Shown: positions 37,128 to 48,936 of the stretch, one piece after another
Layout of the letters: each line of letters opens with the position of its first letter
How positions within the stretch are numbered: position 1 is the first letter of the stretch
DNA from: a virus
Taxonomy: Duplodnaviria; Heunggongvirae; Uroviricota; Caudoviricetes
Strand: one strand, 5' to 3'
Virus record (IMG/VR): IMGVR_UViG_2563366861_000002
Length of the DNA: 49,107 nucleotides
Translations under genes and position numbers: made by a program
Notes under the pieces: generated by a model
Databases searched by the model: none
Told to the model about the DNA's origin: nothing
What the model saw: only the letters and a program-made list of their open reading frames with translations

Positions 37128-37453
37128 AAACCTTCCGCTGGAAAGTGAAACCCGGGATGGATGTGACATCGGCTCCTTCCGTCAGGGAGGTGCGCTTTGG
37201 TGATGGCTATTCCCAGCGTGCGCCTGCCGGGCTGAACGCTGACCTGAAAACGTACAGCGTGACGCTGTCTGTTCCCCGTTGGGAGGCCACGGCGCTTGAG
37301 TCGTTTCTGGCTGAGCACGGGGGCTGGAAGGCCTTTCTGTGGACGCCGCCTTATGGCTACCGGCAGATAAAGGTGACCTGCGCAAAATGGTCGTCGCGGG
37401 TCAGTATGCTGCGTGTTGAGTTCAGCGCAGAGTTTGAACAGGTGGTGAACTGA
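37124..37453 (+). CDS. M: minor tail protein M
   Basis: 109 aa; almost identical to lambda gpM (MKTFRWKVKPGMDV...CAKWSSRVSMLRVEFSAEFEQVVN). Confidence 0.9.
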   Translation: MKTFRWKVKPGMDVTSAPSVREVRFGDGYSQRAPAGLNADLKTYSVTLSVPRWEATALESFLAEHGGWKAFLWTPPYGYRQIKVTCAKWSSRVSMLRVEFSAEFEQVVN

Positions 37454-38151
37454 TGCAGGATATCCGACAGGAAACACTGAATGAATGCACCCGTGCGGAG
37501 CAGTCGGCCAGCGTGGTGCTCTGGGAAATCGATCTGACAGAGGTCGGTGGAGAACGTTATTTTTTCTGTAATGAGCAGAACGAAAAAGGTGAGCCGGTCA
37601 CCTGGCAGGGGAGGCAGTATCAGGCGTATCCCATTCAGGGGAGCGGTTTTGAACTGAATGGCAAAGGCACCAGTACGCGGCCCACGCTGGCAGTCTCTAA
37701 CCTGTACGGCATGGTCACCGGTATGGTGGAAGATATGCAGAGTCTGGTCGGCGGAACGGTGGTCCGGCGTAAGGTTTACGCCCGTTTTCTGGATGCGGTG
37801 AACTTCGTCAACGGAAACAGAGACGCCGATCCGGAGCAGGAGGTGATCAGCCGCTGGCGCATCGAGCAGTGCAGCGAACTGAGCGCGGTCAGTGCCTCCT
37901 TTGTACTGTCCACGCCGACGGAAACGGACGGCGCTGTTTTTCCGGGACGTATCATGCTGGCCAACACCTGCACCTGGACCTATCGCGGCGATGAGTGCGG
38001 TTATCACGGTCCGGCGGTCGCGGATGAATATGACCAGCCAACGTCCGATATCACGAAGGATAAATGCAGCAAATGCCTGAGCGGTTGTAAGTTTCGCAAT
38101 AACGTCGGCAACTTTGGCGGCTTCCTTTCCATTAACAAACTTTCGCAGTAA
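37453..38151 (+). CDS. L: minor tail protein L
   Basis: 232 aa, lambda gpL-like. Confidence 0.9.
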   Translation: MQDIRQETLNECTRAEQSASVVLWEIDLTEVGGERYFFCNEQNEKGEPVTWQGRQYQAYPIQGSGFELNGKGTSTRPTLAVSNLYGMVTGMVEDMQSLVGGTVVRRKVYARFLDAVNFVNGNRDADPEQEVISRWRIEQCSELSAVSASFVLSTPTETDGAVFPGRIMLANTCTWTYRGDECGYHGPAVADEYDQPTSDITKDKCSKCLSGCKFRNNVGNFGGFLSINKLSQ

Positions 38152-38155
38152 TCCC

Positions 38156-38899
38156 ATGACAGAGACAGAATCAGCGATTCTGGCGCACGCCCGGCGATGT
38201 GCGCCAGCGGAGTCGTGCGGCTTCGTGGTAAGCACGCCGGAGGGGGAAAGATATTTCCCCTGCGTGAATATCTCCGGTGAGCCGGAGGCGTATTTCCGGA
38301 TGGCTCCGGAGGACTGGCTGCAGGCAGAGATGCAGGGTGAGATTGTGGCGCTGGTCCACAGCCACCCCGGTGGTCTGCCCTGGCTGAGTGAGGCTGACAG
38401 GCGGCTGCAGGTGCAGAGCGATTTGCCGTGGTGGCTGGTCTGCCGGGGGGCGATTCACAAGTTCCGCTGTGTGCCGCATCTCACCGGGCGGCGCTTTGAG
38501 TACGGGGTGACGGACTGTTACACACTGTTCCGGGATGCTTACCATCTGGCGGGGATTGAGATGCCGGATTTTCATCGCGGGGATGACTGGTGGCGTCACG
38601 GTCAGAATCTCTATCTTGACAATATGGAGGCTACTGGTTTTTACCGTGTCGCACTGACAGAGGCGCAGCCGGGCGATGTGCTGCTGTGCTGTTTTGGTTC
38701 ATCGGTGCCGAATCACGCCGCCATTTACTGCGGCGACGGTGAGCTGCTGCACCATATTCCTGAACAACTGAGTAAACGAGAGAGGTATACCGACAAATGG
38801 CAGCGACGCACACACTCCCTCTGGCGTCACCGGGAATGGCACGCATCTGCCTTTACGGGGATTTGCAACGATTTGGCCGCCGCATCGACCTTCGTGTGA
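38156..38899 (+). CDS. K: tail assembly protein K (JAB/MPN + NlpC/P60-like)
   Basis: ATG at 38156; HSHPGG (JAMM-like) and cysteine-peptidase-like C-terminus as in lambda gpK. Confidence 0.85.
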   Translation: MTETESAILAHARRCAPAESCGFVVSTPEGERYFPCVNISGEPEAYFRMAPEDWLQAEMQGEIVALVHSHPGGLPWLSEADRRLQVQSDLPWWLVCRGAIHKFRCVPHLTGRRFEYGVTDCYTLFRDAYHLAGIEMPDFHRGDDWWRHGQNLYLDNMEATGFYRVALTEAQPGDVLLCCFGSSVPNHAAIYCGDGELLHHIPEQLSKRERYTDKWQRRTHSLWRHREWHASAFTGICNDLAAASTFV

Positions 38900-39438
38900 A
38901 AACGGGGGCTGAAGCCATCCGGGCACTGGCCACACAGCTCCCGGCGTTTCGTCAGAAACAGAGCGATGGCTGGTATCAGGTACGGATTGCCGGGCGGGAT
39001 GCAGGAGAAACCGAATTATCATCCCGTCTTAATGAGCCGCTGGCAAATGGTGCCGTGATCCACATCGTGCCGCGTCTTGCGGGAGCAAAAAGTGGCGGTG
39101 TGTTTCAGGCGGTGCTGGGTGCGGCGTTGATTGCTACGGCAATCTGGATGCCGGGGATCAGTATCGCTTTCAGTGACATTCTCTTTTCAATGGGTGCGGC
39201 GATGACGCTTGGTGGTGTGGCGCAGATGCTGGCACCGAAAGCCAGAACTCCCCGTACACAGACAACGGATAACGGCAAACAGAACACCTATTTCTCCTCA
39301 CTGGATAACATGGTTGCCCAGGGCAATGTCCTGCCTGTTCTGTACGGTGAAATGCGCGTGGGGTCACGTGTGGCATCTCAGGAGATCAGCACGGCAGATG
39401 AAGGGGATGGTGGTCAGGTTGTGGTAATTGGGCGGTAA
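38797..39438 (+). CDS. I: tail assembly protein I
   Basis: 213 aa; MAATHTLPLASPGMARICLYGDLQRFGRRIDL matches lambda gpI. Confidence 0.85.
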   Translation: MAATHTLPLASPGMARICLYGDLQRFGRRIDLRVKTGAEAIRALATQLPAFRQKQSDGWYQVRIAGRDAGETELSSRLNEPLANGAVIHIVPRLAGAKSGGVFQAVLGAALIATAIWMPGISIAFSDILFSMGAAMTLGGVAQMLAPKARTPRTQTTDNGKQNTYFSSLDNMVAQGNVLPVLYGEMRVGSRVASQEISTADEGDGGQVVVIGR

Positions 39439-39498
39439 TATTATTTACTCATGTTCTAACTGATTTAATATTTATATCGAACACTGATAATTATTCTA

Positions 39499-39849
39499 TT
39501 GGTTAGCTATATGAACAAAACGATTTTATTCTGCACGATTATTGCCTTAACAGGATGTAAATCTTTGGATTACGTAAAATCCGGAAAACCTGTAATGGAA
39601 GGTAATTCATTAAAAAATATTGATGAATTGTCAGGCTGCATATCCAGACAATGGGCTGGTAATGGAACACCTATAACATCCCTTCCTATTGAGAATGGGG
39701 TAAGCCTTTTAGTTCCACAGGCTATGGGGGGATATGATGTTGTGCTTGATATCAAAAAAGCAGGAAATGGCAGTAGTTTTACTCTTTATGAACGTGTACC
39801 AGCATTAACGCCAAAAATTTTTGCTGATAGTGTTAATGCATGTAAATAA
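39499..39849 (+). CDS. putative lipoprotein (AT-rich moron between I and J)
   Basis: Signal peptide with lipobox (IIALTGC); visibly AT-rich; followed by terminator; not part of the lambda tail module. Confidence 0.6.
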   Translation: MVSYMNKTILFCTIIALTGCKSLDYVKSGKPVMEGNSLKNIDELSGCISRQWAGNGTPITSLPIENGVSLLVPQAMGGYDVVLDIKKAGNGSSFTLYERVPALTPKIFADSVNACK

Positions 39850-39873
39850 TAGTTAATCCTGCCGTAACTCATG

Positions 39874-39903
39874 AGCCGCCTTTTGGGCGGCTTTGTTGTT
39901 TAT
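39874..39903 (+). terminator. rho-independent terminator after lipoprotein moron
   Basis: AGCCGCC-ttttg-GGCGGCT followed by TTGTTGTTT. Confidence 0.6.
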
Positions 39904-39915
39904 GGAGTGTGAGGA

Positions 39916-42900
39916 ATGGGTAAAGGAAGCAGTAAGGGGCATACCCCGCGCGAAGCGAGGGACAACCTGAAGTCCACGCAGCTGCTGAGTGTGCTCGATG
40001 CCATCAGCGAAGGGCCGGTTGAAGGTCCGGTGGACGGATTAAAAAGCGTGCTGCTGAACAGTACGCCGGTGCTGGACAGTGAGGGGAATACCAATATATC
40101 CGGTGTCACGGTGGTGTTCCGGGCAGGTGAGCAGGAGCAGACACCGCCGGAGGGATTTGAATCCTCCGGCTCCGAGACGGTGCTGGGTACGGAAGTGAAA
40201 TATGACACGCCGATCACCCGGACCATCACGTCGGCAAACATCGACCGTCTGCGCTTTACCTTCGGTGTGCAGGCACTGGTGGAAACCACCTCAAAGGGGG
40301 ACAGGAATCCGTCGGAAGTCCGCCTGCTGGTTCAGATCCAGCGTAACGGTGGCTGGGTGACGGAAAAAGACATCACCATTAAGGGCAAAACCACCTCGCA
40401 GTATCTGGCCTCGGTGGTGGTGGATAACCTGCCGCCGCGCCCGTTTAATATCCGGATGCGCAGAATGACGCCGGACAGCACCACAGACCAGCTGCAGAAC
40501 AAAACGCTCTGGTCGTCATACACCGAAATCATCGATGTGAAACAGTGCTACCCGAACACGGCACTGGTCGGCGTGCAGGTGGACTCGGAACAGTTCGGCA
40601 GCCAGCAGGTGAGCCGTAATTATCATCTTCGCGGGCGTATTCTGCAGGTGCCGTCGAACTATAACCCGCAGACGCGGCAATACAGCGGTATCTGGGACGG
40701 AACGTTTAAACCGGCATACAGCAACAACATGGCCTGGTGTCTGTGGGATATGCTGACCCATCCACGCTACGGCATGGGGAAACGTCTTGGTGCGGCGGAT
40801 GTGGACAAATGGGCGCTGTATGTCATCGGCCAGTACTGCGACCAGTCAGTGCCGGATGGCTTTGGCGGCACGGAGCCGCGCATTACCTGTAATGCGTACC
40901 TGACCACACAGCGCAAGGCGTGGGATGTGCTCAGTGATTTCTGCTCGGCGATGCGCTGTATGCCGGTATGGAACGGGCAGACGCTGACGTTCGTGCAGGA
41001 CCGACCATCAGATAAGGTGTGGACCTATAACCGCAGTAATGTGGTGATGCCGGATGATGGCGCGCCGTTCCGCTACAGCTTCAGCGCCCTGAAGGACCGC
41101 CATAATGCCGTTGAGGTGAACTGGATTGACCCGAACAACGGCTGGGAGACGGCGACAGAGCTTGTGGAGGATACGCAGGCCATTGCCCGTTACGGTCGTC
41201 ACGTCACGAAGATGGATGCCTTTGGCTGTACCAACCGGGGGCAGGCGCACCGTGCCGGGCTGTGGCTGATTAAAACGGAACTGCTGGAAACGCAGACCGT
41301 GGACTTCAGCGTGGGTGCAGAAGGGCTTCGCCATGTACCGGGCGATGTCATTGAAATCTGTGATGATGACTATGCCGGTATCAGCACCGGCGGGCGCGTG
41401 CTGGCGGTGAACAGCCAGACCCGGACGCTGACGCTCGACCGTGAAATCACGCTGCCATCCTCCGGTACCACGCTGATAAGCCTGGTTGACGGAAGTGGTA
41501 ATCCGGTCAGCGTGGAGGTTCAGTCCGTCACCGACGGACTTAAGGTGAAAGTAAACCGGGTTCCTGACGGCGTTGCAGAATACAGTGTGTGGGGGCTGAA
41601 GTTGCCGACGTTGCGTCAGCGCCTGTTCCGCTGTGTGAGTATCCGTGAGAACGATGACGGCACGTATGCCATCACTGCCGTGCAGCATGTACCGGAAAAA
41701 GAGGCCATCGTGGATAACGGGGCGCACTTTGACGGCGACCAGAGCGGCACGGTGAATGGTGTCACGCCGCCAGCGGTGCAGCACCTGACCGCAGAAGTCA
41801 CCGCAGACAGCGGGGAATATCAGGTGCTGGCGCGCTGGGACACGCCGAAGGTGGTGAAGGGCGTGAGCTTCCTGCTTCGCCTGACCGTGGCAGCGGACGA
41901 TGGCAGTGAGCGGCTGGTCAGCACGGCCAGGACGACGGAAACTACATACCGCTTCACGCAACTGGCGCTGGGAAATTACAGGCTGACAGTCCGGGCAGTA
42001 AATGCGTGGGGACAGCAGGGCGATCCGGCATCGGTATCGTTCCGGATTGCCGCACCGGCAGCACCGTCGCGGATTGAGCTGACGCCGGGCTATTTTCAGA
42101 TAACCGCCACGCCGCATCTTGCTGTTTATGACCCGACGGTACAGTTTGAGTTCTGGTTCTCGGAAAAGCGGATTACCGATATCAGGCAGGTTGAAACCAC
42201 AGCCCGCTATCTTGGTACGGCGCTGTACTGGATAGCCGCCAGTATCAATATCAAACCGGGCCATGATTATTATTTTTACGTTCGCAGTGTGAACACCGTT
42301 GGCAAATCGGCATTCGTGGAGGCTGTCGGTCGGGCGAGCGATGATGCGGAAGGTTACCTGGATTTTTTCAAAGGAGAAATCGGGAAAACACATCTGGCCC
42401 AGGAGTTGTGGACGCAGATTGATAACGGTCAGCTTGCGCCGGACCTGGCTGAAATCAGGACGTCCATTACGAATGTCAGCAATGAAATCACGCAGACCGT
42501 CAATAAAAAACTGGAAGACCAGAGTGCGGCAATCCAGCAGATACAGAAAGTTCAGGTTGATACAAATAATAACCTGAACAGCATGTGGGCCGTGAAACTG
42601 CAGCAGATGAAGGACGGACGCCTTTATATTGCGGGTATCGGAGCCGGTATTGAGAATACGCCAGCAGGTATGCAGAGTCAGGTGCTTCTGGCTGCTGACC
42701 GGATTGCGATGATTAATCCTGCGAATGGCAACACAAAGCCGATGTTTGTTGGTCAGGGCGATCAGATATTCATGAACGACGTGTTCCTGAAACGCCTGAC
42801 GGCTCCGACCATTACCAGCGGCGGTAATCCTCCGGCATTTTCCCTGACACCGGACGGGCGGCTGACGGCGAAAAATGCCGATATCAGCGGTAACGTGAAT

Positions 42901-43395
42901 GCGAACTCCGGGACGCTCAACAACGTCACGATTAACGAGAACTGTCGGGTTCTGGGAAAATTGTCCGCCAACCAGATTGAAGGCGATCTCGTTAAAACAG
43001 TGGGCAAAGCTTTCCCCCGGGACTCCCGTGCACCGGAACGGTGGCCATCAGGGACCATCACCGTCAGGGTTTATGACGATCAGCCGTTTGACCGGCAGAT
43101 TGTTATTCCGGCGGTGGCATTCAGCGGCGCTAAACATGAGCGGGAGAATAACGATATTTATTCGTCATGCCGCCTGATAGTACGGAAAAACGGTGCTGAA
43201 ATTTATAACCGTACCGCGCTGGATAATACGCTGATTTACAGTGGTGTTATTGATATGCCAGCTGGTCGCGGCCACATGACGCTGGAGTTTTCGGTGTCAG
43301 CATGGCTGGTGAATAACTGGTATCCCACAGCAAGTATCAGCGATTTGCTGGTTGTGGTGATGAAGAAAGCCACCGCAGGCATCAGTATCAGCTGA
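39916..43395 (+). CDS. J: central tail fiber / host specificity protein J
   Basis: 1159 aa; size, position and fibronectin-III-like middle region as lambda gpJ. Confidence 0.9.
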   Translation: MGKGSSKGHTPREARDNLKSTQLLSVLDAISEGPVEGPVDGLKSVLLNSTPVLDSEGNTNISGVTVVFRAGEQEQTPPEGFESSGSETVLGTEVKYDTPITRTITSANIDRLRFTFGVQALVETTSKGDRNPSEVRLLVQIQRNGGWVTEKDITIKGKTTSQYLASVVVDNLPPRPFNIRMRRMTPDSTTDQLQNKTLWSSYTEIIDVKQCYPNTALVGVQVDSEQFGSQQVSRNYHLRGRILQVPSNYNPQTRQYSGIWDGTFKPAYSNNMAWCLWDMLTHPRYGMGKRLGAADVDKWALYVIGQYCDQSVPDGFGGTEPRITCNAYLTTQRKAWDVLSDFCSAMRCMPVWNGQTLTFVQDRPSDKVWTYNRSNVVMPDDGAPFRYSFSALKDRHNAVEVNWIDPNNGWETATELVEDTQAIARYGRHVTKMDAFGCTNRGQAHRAGLWLIKTELLETQTVDFSVGAEGLRHVPGDVIEICDDDYAGISTGGRVLAVNSQTRTLTLDREITLPSSGTTLISLVDGSGNPVSVEVQSVTDGLKVKVNRVPDGVAEYSVWGLKLPTLRQRLFRCVSIRENDDGTYAITAVQHVPEKEAIVDNGAHFDGDQSGTVNGVTPPAVQHLTAEVTADSGEYQVLARWDTPKVVKGVSFLLRLTVAADDGSERLVSTARTTETTYRFTQLALGNYRLTVRAVNAWGQQGDPASVSFRIAAPAAPSRIELTPGYFQITATPHLAVYDPTVQFEFWFSEKRITDIRQVETTARYLGTALYWIAASINIKPGHDYYFYVRSVNTVGKSAFVEAVGRASDDAEGYLDFFKGEIGKTHLAQELWTQIDNGQLAPDLAEIRTSITNVSNEITQTVNKKLEDQSAAIQQIQKVQVDTNNNLNSMWAVKLQQMKDGRLYIAGIGAGIENTPAGMQSQVLLAADRIAMINPANGNTKPMFVGQGDQIFMNDVFLKRLTAPTITSGGNPPAFSLTPDGRLTAKNADISGNVNANSGTLNNVTINENCRVLGKLSANQIEGDLVKTVGKAFPRDSRAPERWPSGTITVRVYDDQPFDRQIVIPAVAFSGAKHERENNDIYSSCRLIVRKNGAEIYNRTALDNTLIYSGVIDMPAGRGHMTLEFSVSAWLVNNWYPTASISDLLVVVMKKATAGISIS

Positions 43396-43414
43396 ATTTT
43401 ATAACCCATATACG

Positions 43415-43439
43415 GGCGCCAGAAATGGCGCCTTTTTTA
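43415..43439 (+). terminator. rho-independent terminator after J
   Basis: GGCGCC-agaaat-GGCGCC hairpin plus TTTTTT. Confidence 0.7.
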
Positions 43440-43462
43440 TTGCAGAAAAGCGAGAGGTAATT

Positions 43463-44062
43463 ATGCGTAAAGTTTGTGCAGTCATTTTGTCCGCAGCCAT
43501 CTGTCTGTCCGTATCCGGTGCGCCTGCATGGGCGTCTGAACATCAGTCCACACTGAGCGCAGGGTATCTTCATGCCCGTACGAACGCTCCCGGCAGCGAT
43601 AATCTGAACGGGATTAACGTGAAATACCGTTATGAGTTTACGGACGCGCTGGGGCTGATTACGTCCTTCAGTTATGCCAATGCTGAGGATGAGCAAAAAA
43701 CGCACTACAGCGATACCCGCTGGCATGAAGATTCCGTGCGTAACCGCTGGTTCAGCGTGATGGCGGGGCCGTCTGTACGCGTGAATGAATGGTTCAGCGC
43801 GTATTCGATGGCGGGTGTGGCTTACAGCCGTGTGTCGACTTTCTCCGGGGATTATCTCCGCGTAACTGACAACAAGGGGAAAACGCACGATGTGCTGACC
43901 GGAAGTGATGACGGTCGCCACAGCAACACGTCTCTGGCGTGGGGGGCTGGCGTGCAGTTTAACCCGACCGAATCCGTGACCATTGACCTTGCTTATGAAG
44001 GTTCCGGTAGTGGCGACTGGCGAACGGATGCATTTATTGTTGGTATCGGATACCGTTTCTGA
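43463..44062 (+). CDS. lom: Ail/Lom-family outer-membrane beta-barrel protein
   Basis: 199 aa with signal peptide and C-terminal GYRF; same position as lambda lom. Confidence 0.85.
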   Translation: MRKVCAVILSAAICLSVSGAPAWASEHQSTLSAGYLHARTNAPGSDNLNGINVKYRYEFTDALGLITSFSYANAEDEQKTHYSDTRWHEDSVRNRWFSVMAGPSVRVNEWFSAYSMAGVAYSRVSTFSGDYLRVTDNKGKTHDVLTGSDDGRHSNTSLAWGAGVQFNPTESVTIDLAYEGSGSGDWRTDAFIVGIGYRF

Positions 44063-44213
44063 CAACAGACGCCGATTTATCTTCTGTAAATATTGTTATG
44101 ATACGCAGGTTCATCCACTTTATGGGGTGAACTGCGTTTGAGGAAACGTAAAGTTACACTGTCCTGAAGCCCGTGGCGTCACTGCTGCGGGCTTTTTTTA
44201 TTGGTGGAAAAGT

Positions 44214-47189
44214 ATGACAGTAAAAATTTCTGGCGTGCTTAAAGATGGCACAGGAAAACCAGTACAGAACTGCACCATTGTGCTGAAGGCCAGACGAACC
44301 AGCAGCACGGTGGTGGTGAACACGGTGGCCTCTGAAAATCCGGATGAAGCCGGACGTTACAGCATGGATGTTGAGCATGGTCAGTACAGCGTCACCCTGC
44401 TGGTTGAAGGTTTTCCGCCTTCACATGCCGGGACCATTACCGTCTATGAAGGTTCCAGACCAGGTACGCTGAATGATTTTCTCGGTGCCATGACGGAGGA
44501 TGATGTCCGACCGGAGGCACTGCGCCGCTTTGAGCAGATGGTGGAAGAGGTGTCACGTAACGCCTCCGCGGTTGCACAGAATACGGCAGCCGCGAAAAAA
44601 TCAGCCAGCGATGCCAGTGCATCAGCCAGCGAGGCGGCAACTCATGCAACCGATGCTGCAGCCTCAGCACGTGCCGCCAGCACGTCAGCCGGACAGGCCG
44701 CGTCGTCGGCTCAGTCAGCGTCTTCCAGCGCAGGAACGGCATCGACAAAGGCCCGTGAAGCAGCAAAAAGTGCTGCTGCTGCAGAGTCATCAAAAAGCGC
44801 GGCAGTTACCAGCGCCAGTGCCGCGAAAACGTCAGAAACGAATGCCGCAGCGTCACAACAATCAGCAGCCACTTCTGCATCCACCGCGACCACGAAAGCG
44901 TCAGAAGCAGCCACTTCAGCACGGGATGCGTCGGCTTCAAAAGAGGCGGCAAAATCATCAGAAACGAACGCAGCCTCGAGCGCCAGCAGCGCAGCTTCCT
45001 CGGCAACGGCGGCAGCAAATTCTGCGAAGGCGGCAAAAACGTCCGAGACGAACGCCAGGTCTTCTGAAACGGCAGCGGGACAGAGCGCCTCAGCTGCGGC
45101 AGACTCAAAAACAGCGGCTGCATTATCTGCCAGTGCCGCGTCAACAAGTGCCGGGCAGGCCTCAGCCAGTGCCACCGCCGCCGGAAAATCGGCAGAAAGT
45201 GCTGCATCGTCTGCTTCAACAGCCACAACGAAGGCTGGCGAAGCCGCTGTACAGGCCAGCGCAGCAGCGAGGTCTGCTTCCGCAGCGAAGACATCCGAGA
45301 CGAACGCGAAAGCGTCGGAAACCAGCGCAGAATCCTCAAAAACGGCTGCCGCATCGTCCGCCAGTTCGGCGGCGTCATCGGCATCATCTGCGTCTGCTTC
45401 AAAAGATGAGGCGACCAGACAGGCGTCAGCAGCAAAGGGCAGCGCCACGACGGCATCCACGAAGGCGACAGAGGCAGCTGGCAGTGCGACGGCGGCAGCT
45501 CAGAGCAAAAGTACGGCGGAATCCGCGGCAACGCGCGCTGAGACAGCGGCAAAACGGGCAGAGGATATTGCATCCGCCGTGGCGCTTGAGGATGCGAGCA
45601 CGACGAAAAAGGGGATAGTTCAGCTCAGCAGTGCGACTAACAGCACTTCCGAGTCACTGGCGGCAACGCCAAAAGCCGTTAAGGCCGCGTATGAGCTGGC
45701 TAACGGGAAATACACCGCACAGGATGCAACGACAGCACAGAAAGGGATAGTTCAGCTTAGCAACGCGACCAACAGCACATCTGAAATGCTGGCGGCAACG
45801 CCAAAGTCGGTAAAGGCAGCCTATGACCTTGCTAACGGGAAATATACTGCTCAGGACGCTACGACAGCACAAAAAGGAATTGTCCAGCTCAGTAGTGCAA
45901 CCAACAGCGCATCTGAAACGCTTGCCGCGACACCGAAAGCAGTGAAAGCAGCTAATGATAATGCGAATGGTCGGGTACCTTCTGCCCGTAAGGTGAATGG
46001 TAAGGCGCTTTCAGCGGATATAACACTGACGCCGAAAGATATTGGTACGCTTAACTCAACAACAATGTCATTCAGCGGTGGTGCTGGTTGGTTCAAATTA
46101 GCAACGGTAACCATGCCACAGGCGAGTTCTGTTGTTTCAATTACGTTGATTGGTGGTGCGGGATTTAACGTGGGGTCACCTCAACAGGCAGGTATATCTG
46201 AACTTGTTTTGCGTGCAGGTAATGGTAATCCGAAGGGGATTACTGGTGCTTTATGGCAGCGCACATCGACAGGGTTTACAAATTTTGCCTGGGTCAATAC
46301 ATCTGGTGATACTTACGATATTTACGTTGCAATCGGAAATTATGCGACTGGTGTAAATATTCAATGGGATTATACCAGTAATGCCAGCGTGACGATTCAT
46401 ACGTCACCAGCATATTCTGCTAATAAGCCGGAAGGGTTAACGGACGGTACAGTTTATTCACTCTATACGCCATCAGAGCAGTTTTATCCGCCTGGCGCAC
46501 CAATCCCGTGGCCATCAGATACCGTTCCGTCTGGCTATGCCCTGATGCAGGGGCAGACTTTTGACAAATCTGCATACCCGAAACTTGCAGCCGCTTATCC
46601 GTCAGGCGTGATCCCTGATATGCGTGGCTGGACGATTAAGGGCAAACCCGCCAGTGGTCGTGCCGTATTGTCTCAGGAACAGGACGGCATTAAATCGCAC
46701 ACCCACAGCGCCAGCGCATCCAGTACGGATTTGGGGACGAAAAACACATCGTCGTTTGATTACGGAACCAAATCCACGAATAACACCGGGGCGCATACGC
46801 ACAGTCTGAGTGGCTCTACGGGGTCTGCCGGTGATCATACTCATGGTAATGGTATTCGTTGGCCAGGAGGCGGCGGTTCTGCGTTAGCATTTTATGATGG
46901 CGGTGGGTTCACTTATGTCCAGGATTCACAGTATCAAGTAAGCCCGGGGACTTCTTCCCGTAGATCGTATTATCAACGTATTCAGACACAGTCAGCAGGT
47001 GCTCATACCCACTCGCTGTCTGGTACTGCAGCAAGTTCTGGCGCACATGCACATACTGTAGGTATTGGTGCGCATACGCACTCCGTTGCGATTGGTTCAC
47101 ATGGACACACCATCACCGTTAACGCTGCTGGTAACGCGGAAAACACCGTCAAAAACATCGCATTTAACTATATTGTGAGGCTTGCATAA
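44214..47189 (+). CDS. stf: side tail fiber protein Stf
   Basis: 991 aa; N-terminus near-identical to lambda Stf ([20 protein letters not shown]); Ala/Ser-rich low-complexity region, three ~42-aa tandem fiber repeats, C-terminal His-rich receptor-binding region. Confidence 0.9.
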   Translation: MTVKISGVLKDGTGKPVQNCTIVLKARRTSSTVVVNTVASENPDEAGRYSMDVEHGQYSVTLLVEGFPPSHAGTITVYEGSRPGTLNDFLGAMTEDDVRPEALRRFEQMVEEVSRNASAVAQNTAAAKKSASDASASASEAATHATDAAASARAASTSAGQAASSAQSASSSAGTASTKAREAAKSAAAAESSKSAAVTSASAAKTSETNAAASQQSAATSASTATTKASEAATSARDASASKEAAKSSETNAASSASSAASSATAAANSAKAAKTSETNARSSETAAGQSASAAADSKTAAALSASAASTSAGQASASATAAGKSAESAASSASTATTKAGEAAVQASAAARSASAAKTSETNAKASETSAESSKTAAASSASSAASSASSASASKDEATRQASAAKGSATTASTKATEAAGSATAAAQSKSTAESAATRAETAAKRAEDIASAVALEDASTTKKGIVQLSSATNSTSESLAATPKAVKAAYELANGKYTAQDATTAQKGIVQLSNATNSTSEMLAATPKSVKAAYDLANGKYTAQDATTAQKGIVQLSSATNSASETLAATPKAVKAANDNANGRVPSARKVNGKALSADITLTPKDIGTLNSTTMSFSGGAGWFKLATVTMPQASSVVSITLIGGAGFNVGSPQQAGISELVLRAGNGNPKGITGALWQRTSTGFTNFAWVNTSGDTYDIYVAIGNYATGVNIQWDYTSNASVTIHTSPAYSANKPEGLTDGTVYSLYTPSEQFYPPGAPIPWPSDTVPSGYALMQGQTFDKSAYPKLAAAYPSGVIPDMRGWTIKGKPASGRAVLSQEQDGIKSHTHSASASSTDLGTKNTSSFDYGTKSTNNTGAHTHSLSGSTGSAGDHTHGNGIRWPGGGGSALAFYDGGGFTYVQDSQYQVSPGTSSRRSYYQRIQTQSAGAHTHSLSGTAASSGAHAHTVGIGAHTHSVAIGSHGHTITVNAAGNAENTVKNIAFNYIVRLA

Positions 47190-47773
47190 TGGCATTCAGA
47201 ATGAGTGAACAAGCACGGACCATAAAAATTTATAATCTGCTGGCCGGAACTAATGAATTTATTGGTGAAGGTGACGCATATATTCCGCCTCATACAGGTC
47301 TGCCAGCAAACAGTACCGATATTGCACCACCAGATATTCCTGCTGGCTTTGTGGCTGTTTTCAACAGTGATGAGGCATCGTGGCATCTCGTTGAAGACCA
47401 TCGGGGTAAAACGGTTTATGACGTAGCGTCAGGGGACGAGTTATTTATTTCTGAACTCGGTCCGTTACCGGAAAATGTTACCTGGTTATCGCCGGAAGGG
47501 GAGTTTCAGAAGTGGAACGGCACAGCCTGGGTGAAGGATACGGAAGCAGAAAAAATGTTCCGGATCCGGGAGGCGGAAGAAACAAAAAACAACCTGATGC
47601 AGGTAGCCAGTGAGCATATTGCGCCGCTTCAGGATGCTGCAGATCTGGAAATTGCAACGGAGGAAGAAACCTCATTGCTGGAAGCCTGGAAAAAGTATCG
47701 GGTGTTGCTGAACCGTGTTGATACATCAACTGCACCTGATATTGAGTGGCCTACGAACCCTGTCAGGGAGTAA
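47189..47773 (+). CDS. tfa: tail fiber assembly protein Tfa
   Basis: 194 aa; [17 protein letters not shown]... matches lambda Tfa; start overlaps stf stop. Confidence 0.85.
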   Translation: MAFRMSEQARTIKIYNLLAGTNEFIGEGDAYIPPHTGLPANSTDIAPPDIPAGFVAVFNSDEASWHLVEDHRGKTVYDVASGDELFISELGPLPENVTWLSPEGEFQKWNGTAWVKDTEAEKMFRIREAEETKNNLMQVASEHIAPLQDAADLEIATEEETSLLEAWKKYRVLLNRVDTSTAPDIEWPTNPVRE

Positions 47774-47827
47774 TCATTGGGATTATGCCGCAGCACGTCT
47801 TAAGCAAGAACGTGCTGCGGTTGGATG

Positions 47828-48496
47828 CTATTTTTTCCCTGAAGCGGAAAACATTACTACAGTACCTTGAACCTTGGTTTTAACATTCTCGAAATGCTCT
47901 GAGAGTATATGTGTTAAGCCTTCTTCGGAATCTTTTGTGTTTGAAAAGATGCCTTTCTGATTGTAAATGCGCATCAGTTTTTGACCGAAGCTATTGTGCA
48001 CAACTCCATCGCCAAGAATTGTGGCTCCGTATAGAGTTCCATCGTCAGTTAAGGCCTGCGCCGCATTGCGTATTACACAGCTTTTTGTAGATATATTTCC
48101 AGGCAGGCAGTGAAGAAGGTAAAACATGGAAATGGAATCAAATTGACCATGTAACGCCGCGGGATAAGGTTCAAAAACATCATGGCTAATTTTATGTTTA
48201 ATTTTTGATTCCCCAGCCCTTGTAGATGCCGCGTTCAGGCTAGCTTCGTTCAAATCCATTAAAGATATCAGACTACTCTCAGGTACGTGAGTAAGGTAAA
48301 ACCCAGTTCCAACACCAATATCCAGATGGTTGTTACCTACATGTTCCAGAAAGTGTGGAAGAAGGTGTTCCTTTGTAGGACATCCCCATGCAAGCCGATT
48401 TGATACTCCCAAAACCCACCAGTCATAAAGCTTTAGGGTAAGTGGTGTGTAAATTTTAGCCCCATCATCTGTGTTTTTTTTCATTGATTTCACCAT
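47828..48496 (-). CDS. class I SAM-dependent methyltransferase (moron in tail-fiber region)
   Basis: 222-aa ORF with motif I LDIGVGTGFY; AT-rich; opposite strand to tail genes; flanked by duplicated tfa 3' ends. Confidence 0.7.
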   Translation of the reverse strand: MVKSMKKNTDDGAKIYTPLTLKLYDWWVLGVSNRLAWGCPTKEHLLPHFLEHVGNNHLDIGVGTGFYLTHVPESSLISLMDLNEASLNAASTRAGESKIKHKISHDVFEPYPAALHGQFDSISMFYLLHCLPGNISTKSCVIRNAAQALTDDGTLYGATILGDGVVHNSFGQKLMRIYNQKGIFSNTKDSEEGLTHILSEHFENVKTKVQGTVVMFSASGKK

Positions 48497-48552
48497 GTTA
48501 TAGTTTTATTTGTGAATTAAATCAATTATGGCGATGAATTACAAGGGGTTAA

Positions 48553-48822
48553 ATGCTGCCGCAGCATAGCGATATTGAAATAGCCTGGTATGCTTCGATA
48601 CAGCAGGAGCCGAATGGCTGGAAGACCGTCACCACACAGTTCTACATCCAGGAATTCAGTGAGTATATTGCGCCACTGCAGGATGCTGTAGATCTGGAAA
48701 TCGCAACGGAGGAAGAAAGATCGTTGCTGGAGGCATGGAATAAATATCGGGTATTGTTGAATCGTGTTGATACATCAACTGCACCTGATATTGAGTGGCC
48801 TGCAAATCCTGTCAGGGAGTAA
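48553..48822 (+). pseudogene. tfa-like fragment (duplicated 3' portion of tail fiber assembly gene)
   Basis: 89-aa ORF whose C-terminal ~50 aa repeat the tfa C-terminus; DNA about 205 bp similar to 47617-47822 including downstream hairpin. Confidence 0.5.
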
Positions 48823-48936
48823 TCATTGGGATTATGCCGCAGACACGTCGTATGCAGGAACGTGCTGCGGTTAGTTTGTGAGCTTTCGATAGTGGTTGTT
48901 ATTTTTGCCCTTATTTGTTCCGGAGGCCATGGTTCA

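Noticed and set aside
41008-42393. 461-aa minus-strand ORF
   Set aside because: Lies entirely inside and antisense to J; low-complexity Arg-rich translation; no start context.
43388-44065. 225-aa minus-strand ORF
   Set aside because: Antisense to lom, which has signal peptide and Ail/Lom features; spurious.
44580-45600. Possible CRISPR-like or tandem DNA repeat array
   Set aside because: The periodicity comes from Ala/Ser-rich protein-coding low complexity and tail-fiber repeats within stf, not repeat-spacer architecture; no cas genes in the window.
44500-45618. 372-aa plus-strand ORF and 249/255-aa minus-strand ORFs
   Set aside because: Alternative-frame and antisense readings of the repetitive Ala/Ser-rich GC-rich segment of stf; extreme Arg/Pro/Gln bias.
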